DNA of 63,148 nucleotides, the filler included, from Pelomyxa schiedti (taxonomy: Eukaryota > Protista > Evosea): NCBI GenBank assembly GCA_020536535.1. It is 14 parts of 14 records of this genome, joined end to end, with 100 filler letters (N's around TTAATTAATTAA, not from the genome) between each part and the next. Parts side by side here need not be neighbours in the genome. Positions count along the whole stretch, not along the records: positions 36,234 to 37,288 come from JAHLWZ010002920.1; positions 37,389 to 41,021 come from JAHLWZ010000635.1; positions 41,122 to 42,297 come from JAHLWZ010002738.1; positions 42,398 to 45,093 come from JAHLWZ010001921.1; positions 45,194 to 48,829 come from JAHLWZ010001713.1; 9 more parts are not named here. One strand, given 5' to 3'. Of the stretch, positions 36,651 to 48,929 are shown in pieces; the stretch's first letter is position 1, and every line of letters begins with the position of its first letter. The notes beneath the pieces were generated by a model that had not been told where the DNA came from, ran no database searches, and saw only the letters and a program-made list of their open reading frames with translations. The translations under genes were made by a program, and so were the position numbers.

Positions 36651-37518
36651 GAAAGAAAACCACAAAACAAAACAAAAAAAAAGAGAGATGGGAAGAACAA
36701 TGCCTTGCTTGTTGTCGTTGGTTGCTTGCTTGCTTGGTTGCCCTCTTGACGCACACGAACCAATCCACACACACTCTCCTCCTCTTTGTGTGTATTTTTT
36801 GTTCTCAACTCGTGTCTTGAGCTTTAGTTTTTTTTTGAACTTTTGCGATCAACGGTCCTTATAAATCCACTATCGACGTGTCAAGATATTTTCTCAGTTG
36901 CTTCAGTTGCCCTGAAGTAGAAAAGAAAAGAGCAGCGAGTAGCACACAAGAGTTCTATTCCCCAATTCTATTCCATAAACGGAGAGGCACGATCGAACCC
37001 TGTTTTGATTGAAAGAACAACAAAATAGTGCCCAAACGTGGTGTGTCGACCACACAACAACAGAAATGAAAGACGAGAGAGAGATCTGGGCACGTGCGGT
37101 GTTGGTGCTGGTGTCGGAGATCAACCACTTGTCTCTTACGTGGAAGTGCCGCTGGCGGGAAACTCTAATTATACTCACACTGTGTGTCGGCCGGGTGACT
37201 GGTCATCATTAAGTCATGTAGATCTTCCCGCAAGAAGTCCACCTTGGGAAAGCCAACCCACATGTGCAAATGCAAACAGCGATTACCCNNNNNNNNNNNN
37301 NNNNNNNNNNNNNNNNNNNNNNNNNNNNNNNNTTAATTAATTAANNNNNNNNNNNNNNNNNNNNNNNNNNNNNNNNNNNNNNNNNNNNCCTCACACCCGT
37401 ACCACGGAATCATCGCACACAGTGTTTTCTGCCGTTTAAGTAACCTGTAACCAGTTTTGGTTTGAAAACCAACCAACACCTTGCCCCATCAGCAGTTTTG
37501 CCCCCACCAACCGTGAGG

Positions 37519-38304
37519 ATGACAACGCCACCACTGTCACAGGAACAGAGCAGCGCCATGTTCGCCGCATGCGTGCGCGGCGACATGCCCCCGCTCCCGT
37601 GCCCCACCTGGGACTTCAACACTCCCCTCACCACCGCGGGCCCCACCATGCTCCACACCGCGTGCGGGTGCGGGCACGTGCGGCTCGCGAGGCAGCTCCT
37701 CGCCGTGGGCGCGACGCGCAGCCCGCCGATCGACCCAAACGCCACCGACCGCGCGGGTCTGACGCCACTGTGCCGCGCTGCCCAGTGCGGAATGGAGGAT
37801 ATGGTGAGGGTGCTGCTGGCAACGAGCGGTGTGGATGTGAACAAGGGGTGCCCGCTGGCCTTGGCGTGTATGGGGAACCACATGGGCGTGGTGGTCGCGC
37901 TGCTCGGGTGCCCACGCGTGGACGTCAACGGGGTGTGTACGTGGGAGTACGGGTCTATTGTTGGCCAAACGGCACTGCACGCGGCTTGTGAGTGTGGATT
38001 CGTGGAAGTGGTGAAGGCTCTGCTCCAGGTCAATGGAATTGACACAACCTGCAAAAACCGCAAAGGTGAAACACCACTTGACGTGGCAACGAGACGGAAC
38101 AGCACTGATATCTGCAACCTCTTGAGGGATCACAACACGAGAAGACAATCCCCACAGCCCACCACAAACACACCAAAAAATAGCACATTTGAACAGGAGT
38201 TGGGTGAGAAAGAGAGAGAAATTGCAAGAATCACAGGGGAGAACAAACGGCTTGGAGAATCATTCCCACACATTCAACTACAACAAAGTGATTATTATCG
38301 ATAA
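37519..38304 (+). CDS. Ankyrin-repeat protein with short C-terminal coiled coil
   Basis: TMLHTACGCGHVRLARQLL, GLTPLCRAAQCG, CPLALACMGNH, GQTALHAACECG, GETPLDVA. The 3' end may be spliced. Confidence 0.9.
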   Translation: MTTPPLSQEQSSAMFAACVRGDMPPLPCPTWDFNTPLTTAGPTMLHTACGCGHVRLARQLLAVGATRSPPIDPNATDRAGLTPLCRAAQCGMEDMVRVLLATSGVDVNKGCPLALACMGNHMGVVVALLGCPRVDVNGVCTWEYGSIVGQTALHAACECGFVEVVKALLQVNGIDTTCKNRKGETPLDVATRRNSTDICNLLRDHNTRRQSPQPTTNTPKNSTFEQELGEKEREIARITGENKRLGESFPHIQLQQSDYYR

Positions 38305-38639
38305 AACGCACAATCGGTGATGCCAGTCCACACGATTGCAATTGGGACTTGTGGCAGAAAAAAGAGACGTGATGTGTCTTCCCATTATCTCGTTGGGCGC
38401 TACCGGACAATTTCACACATAAGTCCGAGTTATGGGTCGCGAACGTTTGTAACCAAAAAATGTTATGGGTGCTGTTTGTGTAATTTGTGGACACTTAATT
38501 TTGAGGTTCGCGTCGTGTTTGCCTTGTTTGTGGACACTTTATTTTGAGGTTTGTGTTGTGTTTGTGTGTGGATGTTAAAAACTACAGTTTATGTGGTTTT
38601 GAGTGCCAAACAGGGTAAGCTGCTGTGCCACTGCTCCCA

Positions 38640-39800
38640 GCAAGACATACACACACACATGGCAATAGTGACGAGCTTTAGATTCTATTCCTTCCATTCA
38701 GTACATGCGTCCACAAGAGAGCAACTTCCTTTCATGGGGTATGAGAGTGCAGTATCAATGAACGCAACGATCTGGAACTATCTGTGAAGCAGAGGAGTTG
38801 CGCTGCTGTTGTGCTGAGATAGTATTCTGCGTGGGTGCAACAACAGTACCATTGGGCAGATGTACCTGAGGTATTATGATGTTATACAGATCAGCACCTG
38901 CGTACATAATCAGATCAGATAAAAAAAAGAAGAAACTACAAATATTATGAGCCCAGGAAGCGTTTCATAGAAATGGAGCATTTGTGGACAGCGGAATAGA
39001 GGGCCTGTGCTTCATCAGCACCAAACTGCTCAAAAGTCCAAGTACACTCTTGGTTGTCCATTTGGAATGGCGATGTTGAACTCCTCAACTGGCTGCTGAT
39101 GTACAAAGTTTGTGAATACCTAGAGGGTTTTAATAAAGCAAAAGAGGTGAGTGAAGAACACGCACATCACCCATTCTGTTTGTTTGGCATGTAACCACAT
39201 TGTGGAGGTTGCATAGCATTTTTGACAAAGGAAATCTCTATCCATTGATACCCTTGTCCCAGTGACCTTCACACCTGTGGCATGTGGTTTTCTTCTGCAA
39301 GGCCACCCTAGCAGGATACAAAACCTTGAATGGGATTATGGCTTCATCGATTGTAACATTCCTGAATGTAATCAGCGGTTAGTATGAAATAATCACTGTC
39401 AAGAACACAAACCTGGGTGCCACAAGGTAGTGAAGAACTTCCAATATAAATAATCAACAATCCAGCGGATGGATCTCAGCCTGTCATCTGATCCTGCAAC
39501 ACTCTGTTGAGGTCCCTGAAGCTACACGTTGATAAGAATATACTTACATAGAAACACAAATATTGATAATACCGGTTCTGTGACATAAGTTCCCGAACCC
39601 AAGGTGAAACTCCCTCCACCTTGGCGGAACAGGCGCACTGGAAAGGTGGGGATTGAATAGAACAAATGAAGTCATTTTAACATACCAGCGATATAAACTC
39701 CAGAGAGGAGTTCAATTTCAGCAGCTGAAGGGTGAAAGGACTCGAATCCTTTAACATTATGAGCATAACTGAGAGTATGTCAAGAGGGTGTGGTTTAGAC
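38640..39800 (-). mobile_element. Decayed piggyBac-like transposase gene with introns
   Basis: Fragments in the expected order: SYAH..AAEIELLSGVYIA, PWVRELMSQNR, DDRLRSIRWIVDYL..HPG, NVTIDEAIIPFKG (first catalytic Asp motif) and Cys-rich SKARHYCHVC. In-frame stops and frameshifts are present. Confidence 0.75.
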
Positions 39801-40350
39801 AGAGCGCACCCACCGGTGGGCAGTTTCCACAAAACTTATCGTCAAATACTTCGCACCACATGTCGAGCAGAGGACAGAGTCTTGGGCACACGGAGGAAAA
39901 AAAAAACAAAAACAAGACATACCTGGGTATAGAATGAGCATCATCGCTCCACAAACTGCCACCATCCACACACACCAATTTTCACGCACGGTGCTCATTC
40001 AACTTTTTTGTGTTGCTGTGTAACCTTGGGTTACAACGCACATTAAAATAGCAATGCACCTTGTGTTACATCAAAAATCTATGCACCTAAGGTTACATTT
40101 CACCGCAAAAGCGAAGTAGAAACTCATCAAAAAAACCATCAAATGAGCCAACAGAGACACGCTGCGCCCATGGGCCGGTGTTGTGCCACAAGAGGTGAAA
40201 TCACCGAGCCTAAAGAAACCCAAGACTTCCCCATTGAGGCCGACCTCCTCNNNNNNNNNNNNNNNNNNNNNNNNNNNNNNNNNNNNNNNNNNNNNNNNNN
40301 NNNNNNNNNNNNNNNNNNNNNNNNNNNNNNNNNNNNNNNNNNNNNNNNNN

Positions 40351-40800
40351 ACAGGCGCACTGGAAAGGTGGGGATTGAATAGAACAAATGAAGTCATTTT
40401 AACATACCAGCGATATAAACTCCAGAGAGGAGTTCAATTTCAGCAGCTGAAGGGTGAAAGGACTCGAATCCCTTAACATTATGGGCATAACTGAGAGTAT
40501 GTCAAGAGGGTGTGGTTTAGACAGAGCGCACCCCCGGTGGGCAGTTTCCACAGCCAATGTGATTGAAAAACTTATCGTCAAATACTTCGCACCACATGTC
40601 GAGCAGAGGACAGAGTCTTGGGCACACGGAGGAAAAAAAAAACAAAAACAAGACATACATGGAGGGCGAACTTTTGTTGCGGTATAGAATGAGCATCATC
40701 GCTCCGCAAACTGCCACCATCCACACACCAATTTTCAGGCACGGTGCACATTCAACTTTTTTGTGTTGCTGTGTAACCTTGGGTTACAACGCACATTTAA
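40351..40800. repeat. Diverged second copy of ~39629-40044 (piggyBac 5' region)
   Basis: Collinear with several SNPs and indels, across the N gap at 40251-40350. Confidence 0.85.
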
Positions 40801-41121
40801 GAGTGCAAAAAATTCCAAAACTGCGCTCTTAAGCGAAGTCAATGCACCTCTGGTTACAATGAATAGCTTATGTGTCCAACAAATGCGAAAACCAGACCCA
40901 TGTAAGAGTGGTGGTCTAGGAGAGGGACGTTGTGGACTGAATAGTGTTGCTGTTCTCATATGTTTGTGTTTGCTTATATAACAACTTTGTCTTAACTATT
41001 TACACGATACAGAGGGGGTTTNNNNNNNNNNNNNNNNNNNNNNNNNNNNNNNNNNNNNNNNNNNNTTAATTAATTAANNNNNNNNNNNNNNNNNNNNNNN
41101 NNNNNNNNNNNNNNNNNNNNN

Positions 41122-41564
41122 ACCACTAGATTTGTGTGCACTTCCGCTTTCAATTTGGCTATCTTTGCGTCAACCATGGTCACCATCTCCGTTCTTATCT
41201 GTGTCAACTTGTCATCAATTTCCAATGTCACATCATTTGCACACTAAAGTATGCCAGTTGTTAAACAAAGAAAAACCAAAAAACAAAGGGGGATTACCTT
41301 TTCAGCCTCACCAGCCATTCTGTCCAAGTTCGCAATTGCATCCCTCACAATTGACGACACCACGTCACTCTTGTAACTACGACTGAGACTGATACTGGGA
41401 CTGGGACTGGGACTTGGGACCACCGGTGGCACATCAGGCACGGGCACAGGCACAACCCCAGGCACTGGATCAAAAATTGGTTGCTGCGACTGTGCTGGTG
41501 AGGACGACGCCGACGATTGGGAATCGGACGACGTCGTCCTTGGCCTCTTTGGTTGGGGTTCCAT
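41122..41564 (-). CDS. 5' fragment of a hypothetical protein (NLS-like PKRPR, Pro-rich, helical)
   Basis: MEPQPKRPRTTSS...; GT-AG intron; truncated at the linker. Confidence 0.5.
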
Positions 41565-42052
41565 TTCACGAGAACAACAACTGGCCCCTTTGTTACCGTG
41601 CCACGGTGGCATCACAGTCACCACCCCGTCTATCCCTTGACAATTCGTTTTTGTTTCCCGTAAGTCCGGGCTCACTCCATCAAATCAGACACTGTTAGTG
41701 CCAGCCACCAGCGTCCTCAGGACTTTTGCTCTGGTCCTCGAGTTGCGCAGGCGGCCCAGCACCCTCCAGGGTGAGGATGGATTGATGTTGTTGAGTCCCA
41801 AGAGTGTGCCACCTCACAAAGGTGCAACCTCACTTGAAACAAAGTGACTTGCTCGAAGTTTTGTTGATTTGTGTGCGTGCTTTTCGGGCTCTCAAGAAAA
41901 AAATCAATTTTTTGAACAAGCACAAATGAAGGTCGGGCCCAACACCACTGAGAGCAGCCCTTTAGTGGCCCTGTGTGGTAGTAGTTCCTAACACACACCA
42001 CTGCCCACCATGATTCGCCTAATCCTACGATAAATGTCCCTTACGTTTTTAA

Positions 42053-42297
42053 TCTCAATTCCTACCACCAACAACAGAGGGACCACGACCACTCTCCCTG
42101 CGCGCCAGCCACGTGTTGCATGTTTCGCGTGTTGTGTGGGACATGGTGGTGCTGCCCGGGTGGCTGGCCGACGACGGGGCCAGCGCCCCCTGCGGCTGCA
42201 GCTGCCCCCATGTCCACCCGACCGGCGGGGCCCGCCGCGACTACCCCTGGGCCCGCAGCCTGGGCCTGTTCCGCGTCGCCGAGGCACTGTTCCCCCT
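42053..42297 (+). CDS. N-terminal fragment of expanded family B
   Basis: VVWDMVVLPGWL...LFRVAEALFP resembles MVVAPGWL...IRLAQAMFP at 60529. Confidence 0.6.
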
Positions 42298-42397
42298 NNN
42301 NNNNNNNNNNNNNNNNNNNNNNNNNNNNNNNNNNNNNNNNNTTAATTAATTAANNNNNNNNNNNNNNNNNNNNNNNNNNNNNNNNNNNNNNNNNNNN

Positions 42398-42623
42398 TAC
42401 CAAGGCATCTCATGTGAGCGTAGTGAGGAGGGTTGAACGACCCACAAAACACCAAGTAAATGTGACGAGGCAGCCGCCGCCCGTCCGCCAGCTCCACGTA
42501 CTTGCCCACCCGGCCACCACCTCCCCCTCCCATAGTCCCCGACGCTGCTGCCGTCGTAACCGGTGCCGACCCCGACGATGCCGACGACGACGTCACTGAT
42601 TCAACCGTTGTTGTTGTGGCCAT
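42398..42623 (-). CDS. NMNAT/NadD-like nucleotidyltransferase, N-terminal fragment
   Basis: IYLVFCGSFNPPHYAHMRCL is a GSFNPxHxxH motif. Truncated by the linker. Confidence 0.78.
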
Positions 42624-42843
42624 TCAACCCAAGCCAAAGATTTCGTGTGGATTGTTAAGGAAATCACACTCTTGGTCGCCCCGGGCTGTGTTGCCTTTGT
42701 GAATTCCCACCAAGGTGGGGATAATTGCAATCTCCACCATGAGATTGGCTACAAGATGTTGCGATAGACAGAAGGGTCTGTTTTGGGTCGAACATTTGGG
42801 TGATTCTTCCAAAAAATCATTTTGATCCAAAAAAACCACCGAA

Positions 42844-45093
42844 ATGCGCAACAGCAACAGCCACGGCGGCGAGGATGACAACATCACGGACAGCCTGTCG
42901 TGGGCCACCTCGTGCGGCCTGTGCCTCGCCCCTCTCCCCCCTCCCCCTGCCGCCCCTTGGACGACGCCAACCACCACAGAGCCAATGGGTGCCACAGCAT
43001 CGACACCATCACCATCCGCAAATACCATCTTCACCACTGCTTCTGGGGTCCTCATCGTTGATCTCCACCACCCTGAACCCAGCGTGCCCTCCTCATTAAA
43101 TACAACAGCACAACAACAACAACAACAACAAGGAACGAGTAGCACTAGCAGGAAACAACACGACCACCACCGAGTGTGTGGTTGTTGTGCGCGCCTGTTG
43201 GCAAACAACGCACTCGCAGCCGCTTCGTTCTCGTCACTGCTGGCCCAGGCTGGTGGTGCCGAGAAAACACTCCTTCAGAAGGAACTGGACCGGGAGGGTG
43301 GTACCGATGTGACGACGCAGCCTGGTCACACTGCCACAACTGGCTCTACTACTGTGTGTGATAACAGATTGTGGTCACCACTGCTGCTGTTGACTGGGAT
43401 GCCTGCTGACACTACATTGGCAAAGGTAATGCAGGTCTATCTGGGGATGTAATGCGTTTTGTCATTCTTATTGAATGAACATCCAGGATACAGAAGGGGG
43501 ACCCAGGGCCTCTGCAGGGCCAACCACAATGAAGTGTCCCATTTGCAGTGATGATACAGTACTGAAAGTCACAAATGTAGCAGCTCTCATGGTTTGTTGT
43601 TTGCATTACGATTTTCCAACATCAATTCATTGGTCCCCAGGGGTCAAATGCAACGTCAATTGCCTCTGGGAATTGTTGTCAACAACAGCAACAGATAGCA
43701 GAAGCAGGGGCTGACAGTTGCCCACTGTGTGATGAGGAACCAGCCACACACTCGTGCTCTCTTTGTGGATCGCTTGTTTGTGAGAAGCCCCAGTGTGTCA
43801 GAACAATAACAAGGCTCCACACGAAGATGGGACACTCGGTTTGTGTACTTTGTGTCTTCCATTTTCTTGTGTTCTCACTCCATTTTCGTCAGTTCACTCC
43901 AATTGAAATCAAATCAGCCAAGACAATCATTCAGTGCCCAGAGCACAACAGACCATTGGAGCTGTTCTGCACACAAGACAACACTCCTGTGTGCTCTCTG
44001 TGTGTCCTCTCTGGTTGCCACCAGGTTTCTCCCTTCTTGACATTTTAGTTGCTTTATGGTGACGCACAAAAAAGGACACAAGTTTGAAGGCAGTGCACCC
44101 AACCATCACAATTTCGGAAGCAGCCAAAGGAAGGCAGTTGGTCATCACAGAAAGGTCAAAAGAACTTGAGGAGAAGGTCAAAGTGGTGAAAGGTTCCCTT
44201 TTGGCAATCACTGAGACAATATCTTCTGTCAAGAAGGTTTGTTGTTGGTTCTGCTCTGTGTGAGTGAAATTTAACTCACTCTCTGAATCCCATAAAAATA
44301 GAATTGCAGTGAAGCACTCAAGGCAATGGATGAAGAGTTCTTGAGATTGGAGACACTCCTCCAGAAGAGGCACAAGCAACTCGCTGTTGAATGCATGAAC
44401 ATTGCTGATTCAACTGGTTTCTGTGCCAAATGGCACTCCATTGTTATTATTCACCAACACACCAACAACACACCAAACAGAGAAAATAATGGACATTCAG
44501 CACGATCACCTTGAGAAGTTTGTTTTCATTGCAGAGGCTGCACTCAAGTCAGCATCAAAGGTGAGCCACACATCACATGACTTTGGTGTGATCAGGTGCT
44601 TTGATTCCACATCAAGGGTCATCTCTGACTTGGTTTCTCAACTGGTTTGTTTGTCTTTCTCTTTTTTGTTTGGTGGGAACTGGTTGTCACTCACTCCAAG
44701 GCCTTTTCTTCAGCTTGACCTTTTTGCAGATTCACTTGAAACCATGCTGCAAATCAGACCTAAACTTTGTGGTCACAAACAACGTTTCGGAGGCAATCAT
44801 CTCGTTTGGTGCACTCACTGTTGGTTTGTGTTTTTATCTTTTTTTTTTCAATCACCAACCAAAAGGAGTTTCCACAACACTGAGCAAATTCAAAGTGACA
44901 CCATGTGGTGCTGTTGATTCTGAAACCCATCAAAAAACACCGGTCATTGCCGGGAATGAGTGGAAATGCACAGTTGAGTGCACATCTCTCGTGGATGCAA
45001 CTGGAACACCCATTCCATCCAGTCTTCAAGTCCCATCGTTGACGAGTGCTGGTCTCACTGTTGTTGGTCCTCATCAGGATGATGGTTGCTCCT
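42844..45093 (+). CDS. TRIM/RBCC-like protein: expanded RING, B-box1, B-box2, coiled coil, possible filamin/Ig domain (3'-truncated)
   Basis: CGLC...HHRVCGCC...CPIC (RING with long insertions); CAHCDEEPATHSCSLCGSLVC..H..GH; CPEHNRPLELFCTQDNTPVCSLCVLSGCH; followed by heptad-rich exons. Confidence 0.78.
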
Positions 45094-45944
45094 NNNNNNN
45101 NNNNNNNNNNNNNNNNNNNNNNNNNNNNNNNNNNNNNTTAATTAATTAANNNNNNNNNNNNNNNNNNNNNNNNNNNNNNNNNNNNNNNNNNNNAACAACA
45201 CTTTTAAACATGATACCTCACAATTACAAACACAGTGAAAGACAAACTGATATGTGTGACATCTGTGACACAGGGAAGAATATCAGTTGAGAGTTGGCTA
45301 AACTCAACAAACCTAATGGTGGTGCGTTGCCAGAAAATTAACCCCGATTTTTACTTACTCTTCTTCTTATTATTATCTCAAGGTACCCTGCTCACTTGGA
45401 AGTCCCTGAAACCCCCAAAAAGTGTTTCTTTTCTGAAGTTCGGCAAAGACGAAAGAATCACTGACTACCACACTGTTTCATGTCCAATCCAGGCAGCTCC
45501 CAGATAATCTTGAAAACAACAACTTCTGATGAGTCATGCCCAGGACGGAGGGTAACCAAGGTGGTTGGCACCAGAAACAACACTCGTCAGATCAAGCTTA
45601 GCACCACTCCAAAAGGACAGCAGAGCAAAGCATGGAGCAGGAGGAGCTTGTTACCGAATACACTCCCAGACTTCAGAAACAAGCAAGAAGACAACACCAG
45701 CGTATGGTTGCTTCTTACACTGCTGACTCTCAGCCTGAACAGCATGGTCAAGAAGACCACAATTGGAACCACCACCATCACCATATATATATCCAACGTA
45801 TATTAATACTTCCACTACTACTATTCACGCCGCCATTATTAATATTATTGTACAAATAGTAATTCCAGAAATTTATAAACCTCTACCGCATGCAACGCTT
45901 GTGGTAGCCAAAACAAGAATGTTGATTTTCGACGAAAAAATGCA

Positions 45945-47687
45945 TTAATGGGTGTTCGTGGCTTTCTCAAATTCAGTGAGCAGGCTTTGGAATTTGGTGC
46001 AGACTTGGTCAATTTTTGTGTTTCGCTCCGTGAGGTTCTCCTCAGGAAACTGAGGAGGTGCAAGCCTATCTTCTTTCAGCATTTCAATGGCGCTTCTTAA
46101 TTGCAAAACATAGTCATACTGTGGGCAGAGCCGATGAAGCTCCTCCAGTGTTTCATACAATGCAACCTGCTCTGTCTGAATTTGGTGACAAGTGTAAATG
46201 TGTTCCATGTGTAGACTTTGGAGTTCACATTTCATTTTGTACTCCTCACTCCGTAGTTTGGAAAGTTGGCTTTCTTCATATGCAGTTATCAATTTATGTG
46301 TACGTTCTTCAGTCACAAGTTTATAGTTCCTCCGAGCGTGATATTTTGCATGATGGCGGCAGCAGCTACACTCCCCAGTGCGAAGGTTGATGCAGCAACC
46401 AAGGGCATCACAAAGAGGTCCGCAAGCTTCATGGCAAGTCCTCCTGCACAACTCGCATAGACTGTTGGTGTAAGGTGTGAAAACCTGCTCCTCGTTAAAG
46501 GTTGTAACTGTTGACTTTTCCTTCCGTTCGAGCTGCCTTAAACTCGCCTGCACGGACTCCATATGTACCTGCTGCTCTGACACTGTTTCCCGGAGTTCCT
46601 CCATTGCCTTCACATAGCCAAGAACTGTAGCAACCTTCACCTGTAATGTAGATCTGGCTGCACTGAGACGCTGAAAGTCGACTGCCAAAGCACCTTTGGT
46701 GTGAATCCACGCTGTTAGTAACCCAGTCAGTACTTCCAAATTTTGTGTGTAGCTGCACTTAATTTTTTCTTTCTCTCGTGGTGTGAGCCTCAAGTATTTT
46801 TTCCCACAAGAAGTGAAGAGGAGGTTGTCAAAGCAGAAGACATGCTCCTCGGGGATTGGAACCTTAAAAACAGTTTTCCACTCAAAGTTTGGAACCAGCT
46901 GTGTGTTTGAGAAGAGCAAATACAACTTAGTTTGCCAAGACGAGGGGCAGAGGCTGTAAAGAAGTTGCAGGACATACTTGGTGCGAGCAGTGACGCGGCA
47001 GTTTGAGCCATTCAACATCAAGACAACAGCATGAAGCTGCAGTGGCTGGGCTGAGTTCCCAAGCTTGTCAAGAACTTGGTCAATTGCTGAATCATCTTCA
47101 CTGATCCCAGATGTATCTCCCATCCCAGGAGTGTCAATCAAGTGGAGGTTGTAAGTGGAGCCGTTAATGGGCAAGGCAAAGCTGTATTCCGTCACCCTCT
47201 GTGTTTGGCTCACTGACTGGGATGTGCCATCTCTCTCCGCTCCTTTAGCCAGTGTGGAGACAGTAGCCTCTGCAAAGACTGGAATCGCTCTTCCAGAGTT
47301 TCTAGACCAGAACGCAAGCAGCTCGATGAGTGAGGACTTACCTGCTCCTGTCTCGCCCAAAATCACTGCAGTCACTGGAGCAGCAGAAAAAAAGGCAACT
47401 TTCTCAGCAACCCCACCACTGTGTGGGGAGGAGTGGCGATCTGCTTCCATTTGTGTTCCCCCAGTGTGCACACGTGAGGGTGACAGCTCTGACGTAGATA
47501 CCAAAGGTGATGTGCCAGAGCTGAATGAATGACCGCAGCACCCAGGGAGAGTAAAACCTTAAAGAAAAAAAAAAAAAGAAAAATACCATGCAGCACCTGT
47601 GTGTTGTCCAAGGTTGTGAAAGCACATCCTGCATCTATCTTTACGCCATACATCAGCATCGAACCCGTGACAGTTGCACTTCCCCAT
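45945..47687 (-). CDS. AIG1/septin-like TRAFAC GTPase with N-terminal Cys/His motif, Cys-rich insert and coiled coils
   Basis: G1 GETGAGKSS; G3 LIDTPGMGDT; CELCRRTCHEAC...CSCCRH..YH. Exon 1 MGKCNCHGFDADVWRKDRCRMCFHNLGQH splices in frame to ORF 45945-47504. Confidence 0.85.
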
Positions 47688-48259
47688 GACAAAGGACCAA
47701 CAAGTTGGGTTTTTTTTTACTCGGCCCTTTGTCGGCGGATTTCGTGTTAACTGTGCCGAGGTAGATTGGGTTTGGATAGTGACCACCACACTGTGAGGTG
47801 TGCTGGGGTGTTGATGGTTGTTGTTTTACTTGTGTAGTAAGGGAGAAAGAAGCCCGAATACAAACACAAGAGTTTATTGTTTATTACTTTAGCTTTTGCT
47901 TGCTATAACTACGATGGTGTTGTTCCCGCCTTATAAAGGCACTAGAATCAATTCTAGGTGTCGCCTGAATCTCCCGCAGGGTCCCAACAGATTCGCGGTA
48001 GTTTTCCCAGAAATCCATCAGTGATTAGAACCGTACTTAGAACTACAGCGACGCGAAGTCACCTCGCCACATTAACGAAGGAAGAGCGAGTTCGAGGACT
48101 CTGATGGTAATCGAAGAGCGCTCTGAACTGTAGGAAGTGAATTGGGTCATACACATTTTGTGGTGTTTTAAGACTTGTGGATGGAAGACAACACACGTGA
48201 ACAAAATTGCCGACGTGCCTCCCCTAGCTTGTGGTGATGCACTTCAGTATTCTTGATCT

Positions 48260-48545
48260 TTGTCAGATCAACATTGGACTGAGCCACCACTGCCTCAGCA
48301 GCGAGGATCAGCTCTGCTGGGGTCACAACAGGCACCACCACTGCAGCAGCAGTTGCAAGTGCTGCAACAACAGATCCCTGTCAGACCATTGGTGCAACAG
48401 CCTATAGTTCCACAGTCTGGAAGACCCAGGAATGGACAACAAAACTCAACACCCACCCTCAGCACATCCACGTCAACATCTGCAAGACCAATTTCACAAT
48501 ACAGAGCAAGAGTGGGGTCTGCAGATGCCAATCTCCCAGCAAATG
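48260..48545 (+). CDS. Q/P-rich exon of a hypothetical protein (partial)
   Basis: Open Q/P/T-rich frame bounded by plausible splice sites; no domain recognised. Confidence 0.35.
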
Positions 48546-48929
48546 TGCAGGAGCTAATGACGAGGTGGTTCCATTTCCAATAGAATCGCTATCTATTACT
48601 AAGATGTTCCTTCAGGCATCAACAGCAGGTGAATCATTCACTTTTCTATGATTTCACAGAAACAACTTTGTGTACCAAAACTTGTGTTTACCTTCACAAA
48701 TTGTTGGACAACCCTCCCACGCACCCAAAACCAGGATAGACTTTTTTTTAGCAAACTTTGGCTGCTTCTTTAACTTAAGTTAAAAGGGTTTTCCTGAGAC
48801 TTTGGGGAAAATTGTCTGAAGTGTTTTGTNNNNNNNNNNNNNNNNNNNNNNNNNNNNNNNNNNNNNNNNNNNNTTAATTAATTAANNNNNNNNNNNNNNN
48901 NNNNNNNNNNNNNNNNNNNNNNNNNNNNN

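Noticed and set aside
45235-45830. Transposase fragment suggested by TDMCDICD
   Set aside because: A single short CxxC motif followed by a stop; no catalytic motifs found.
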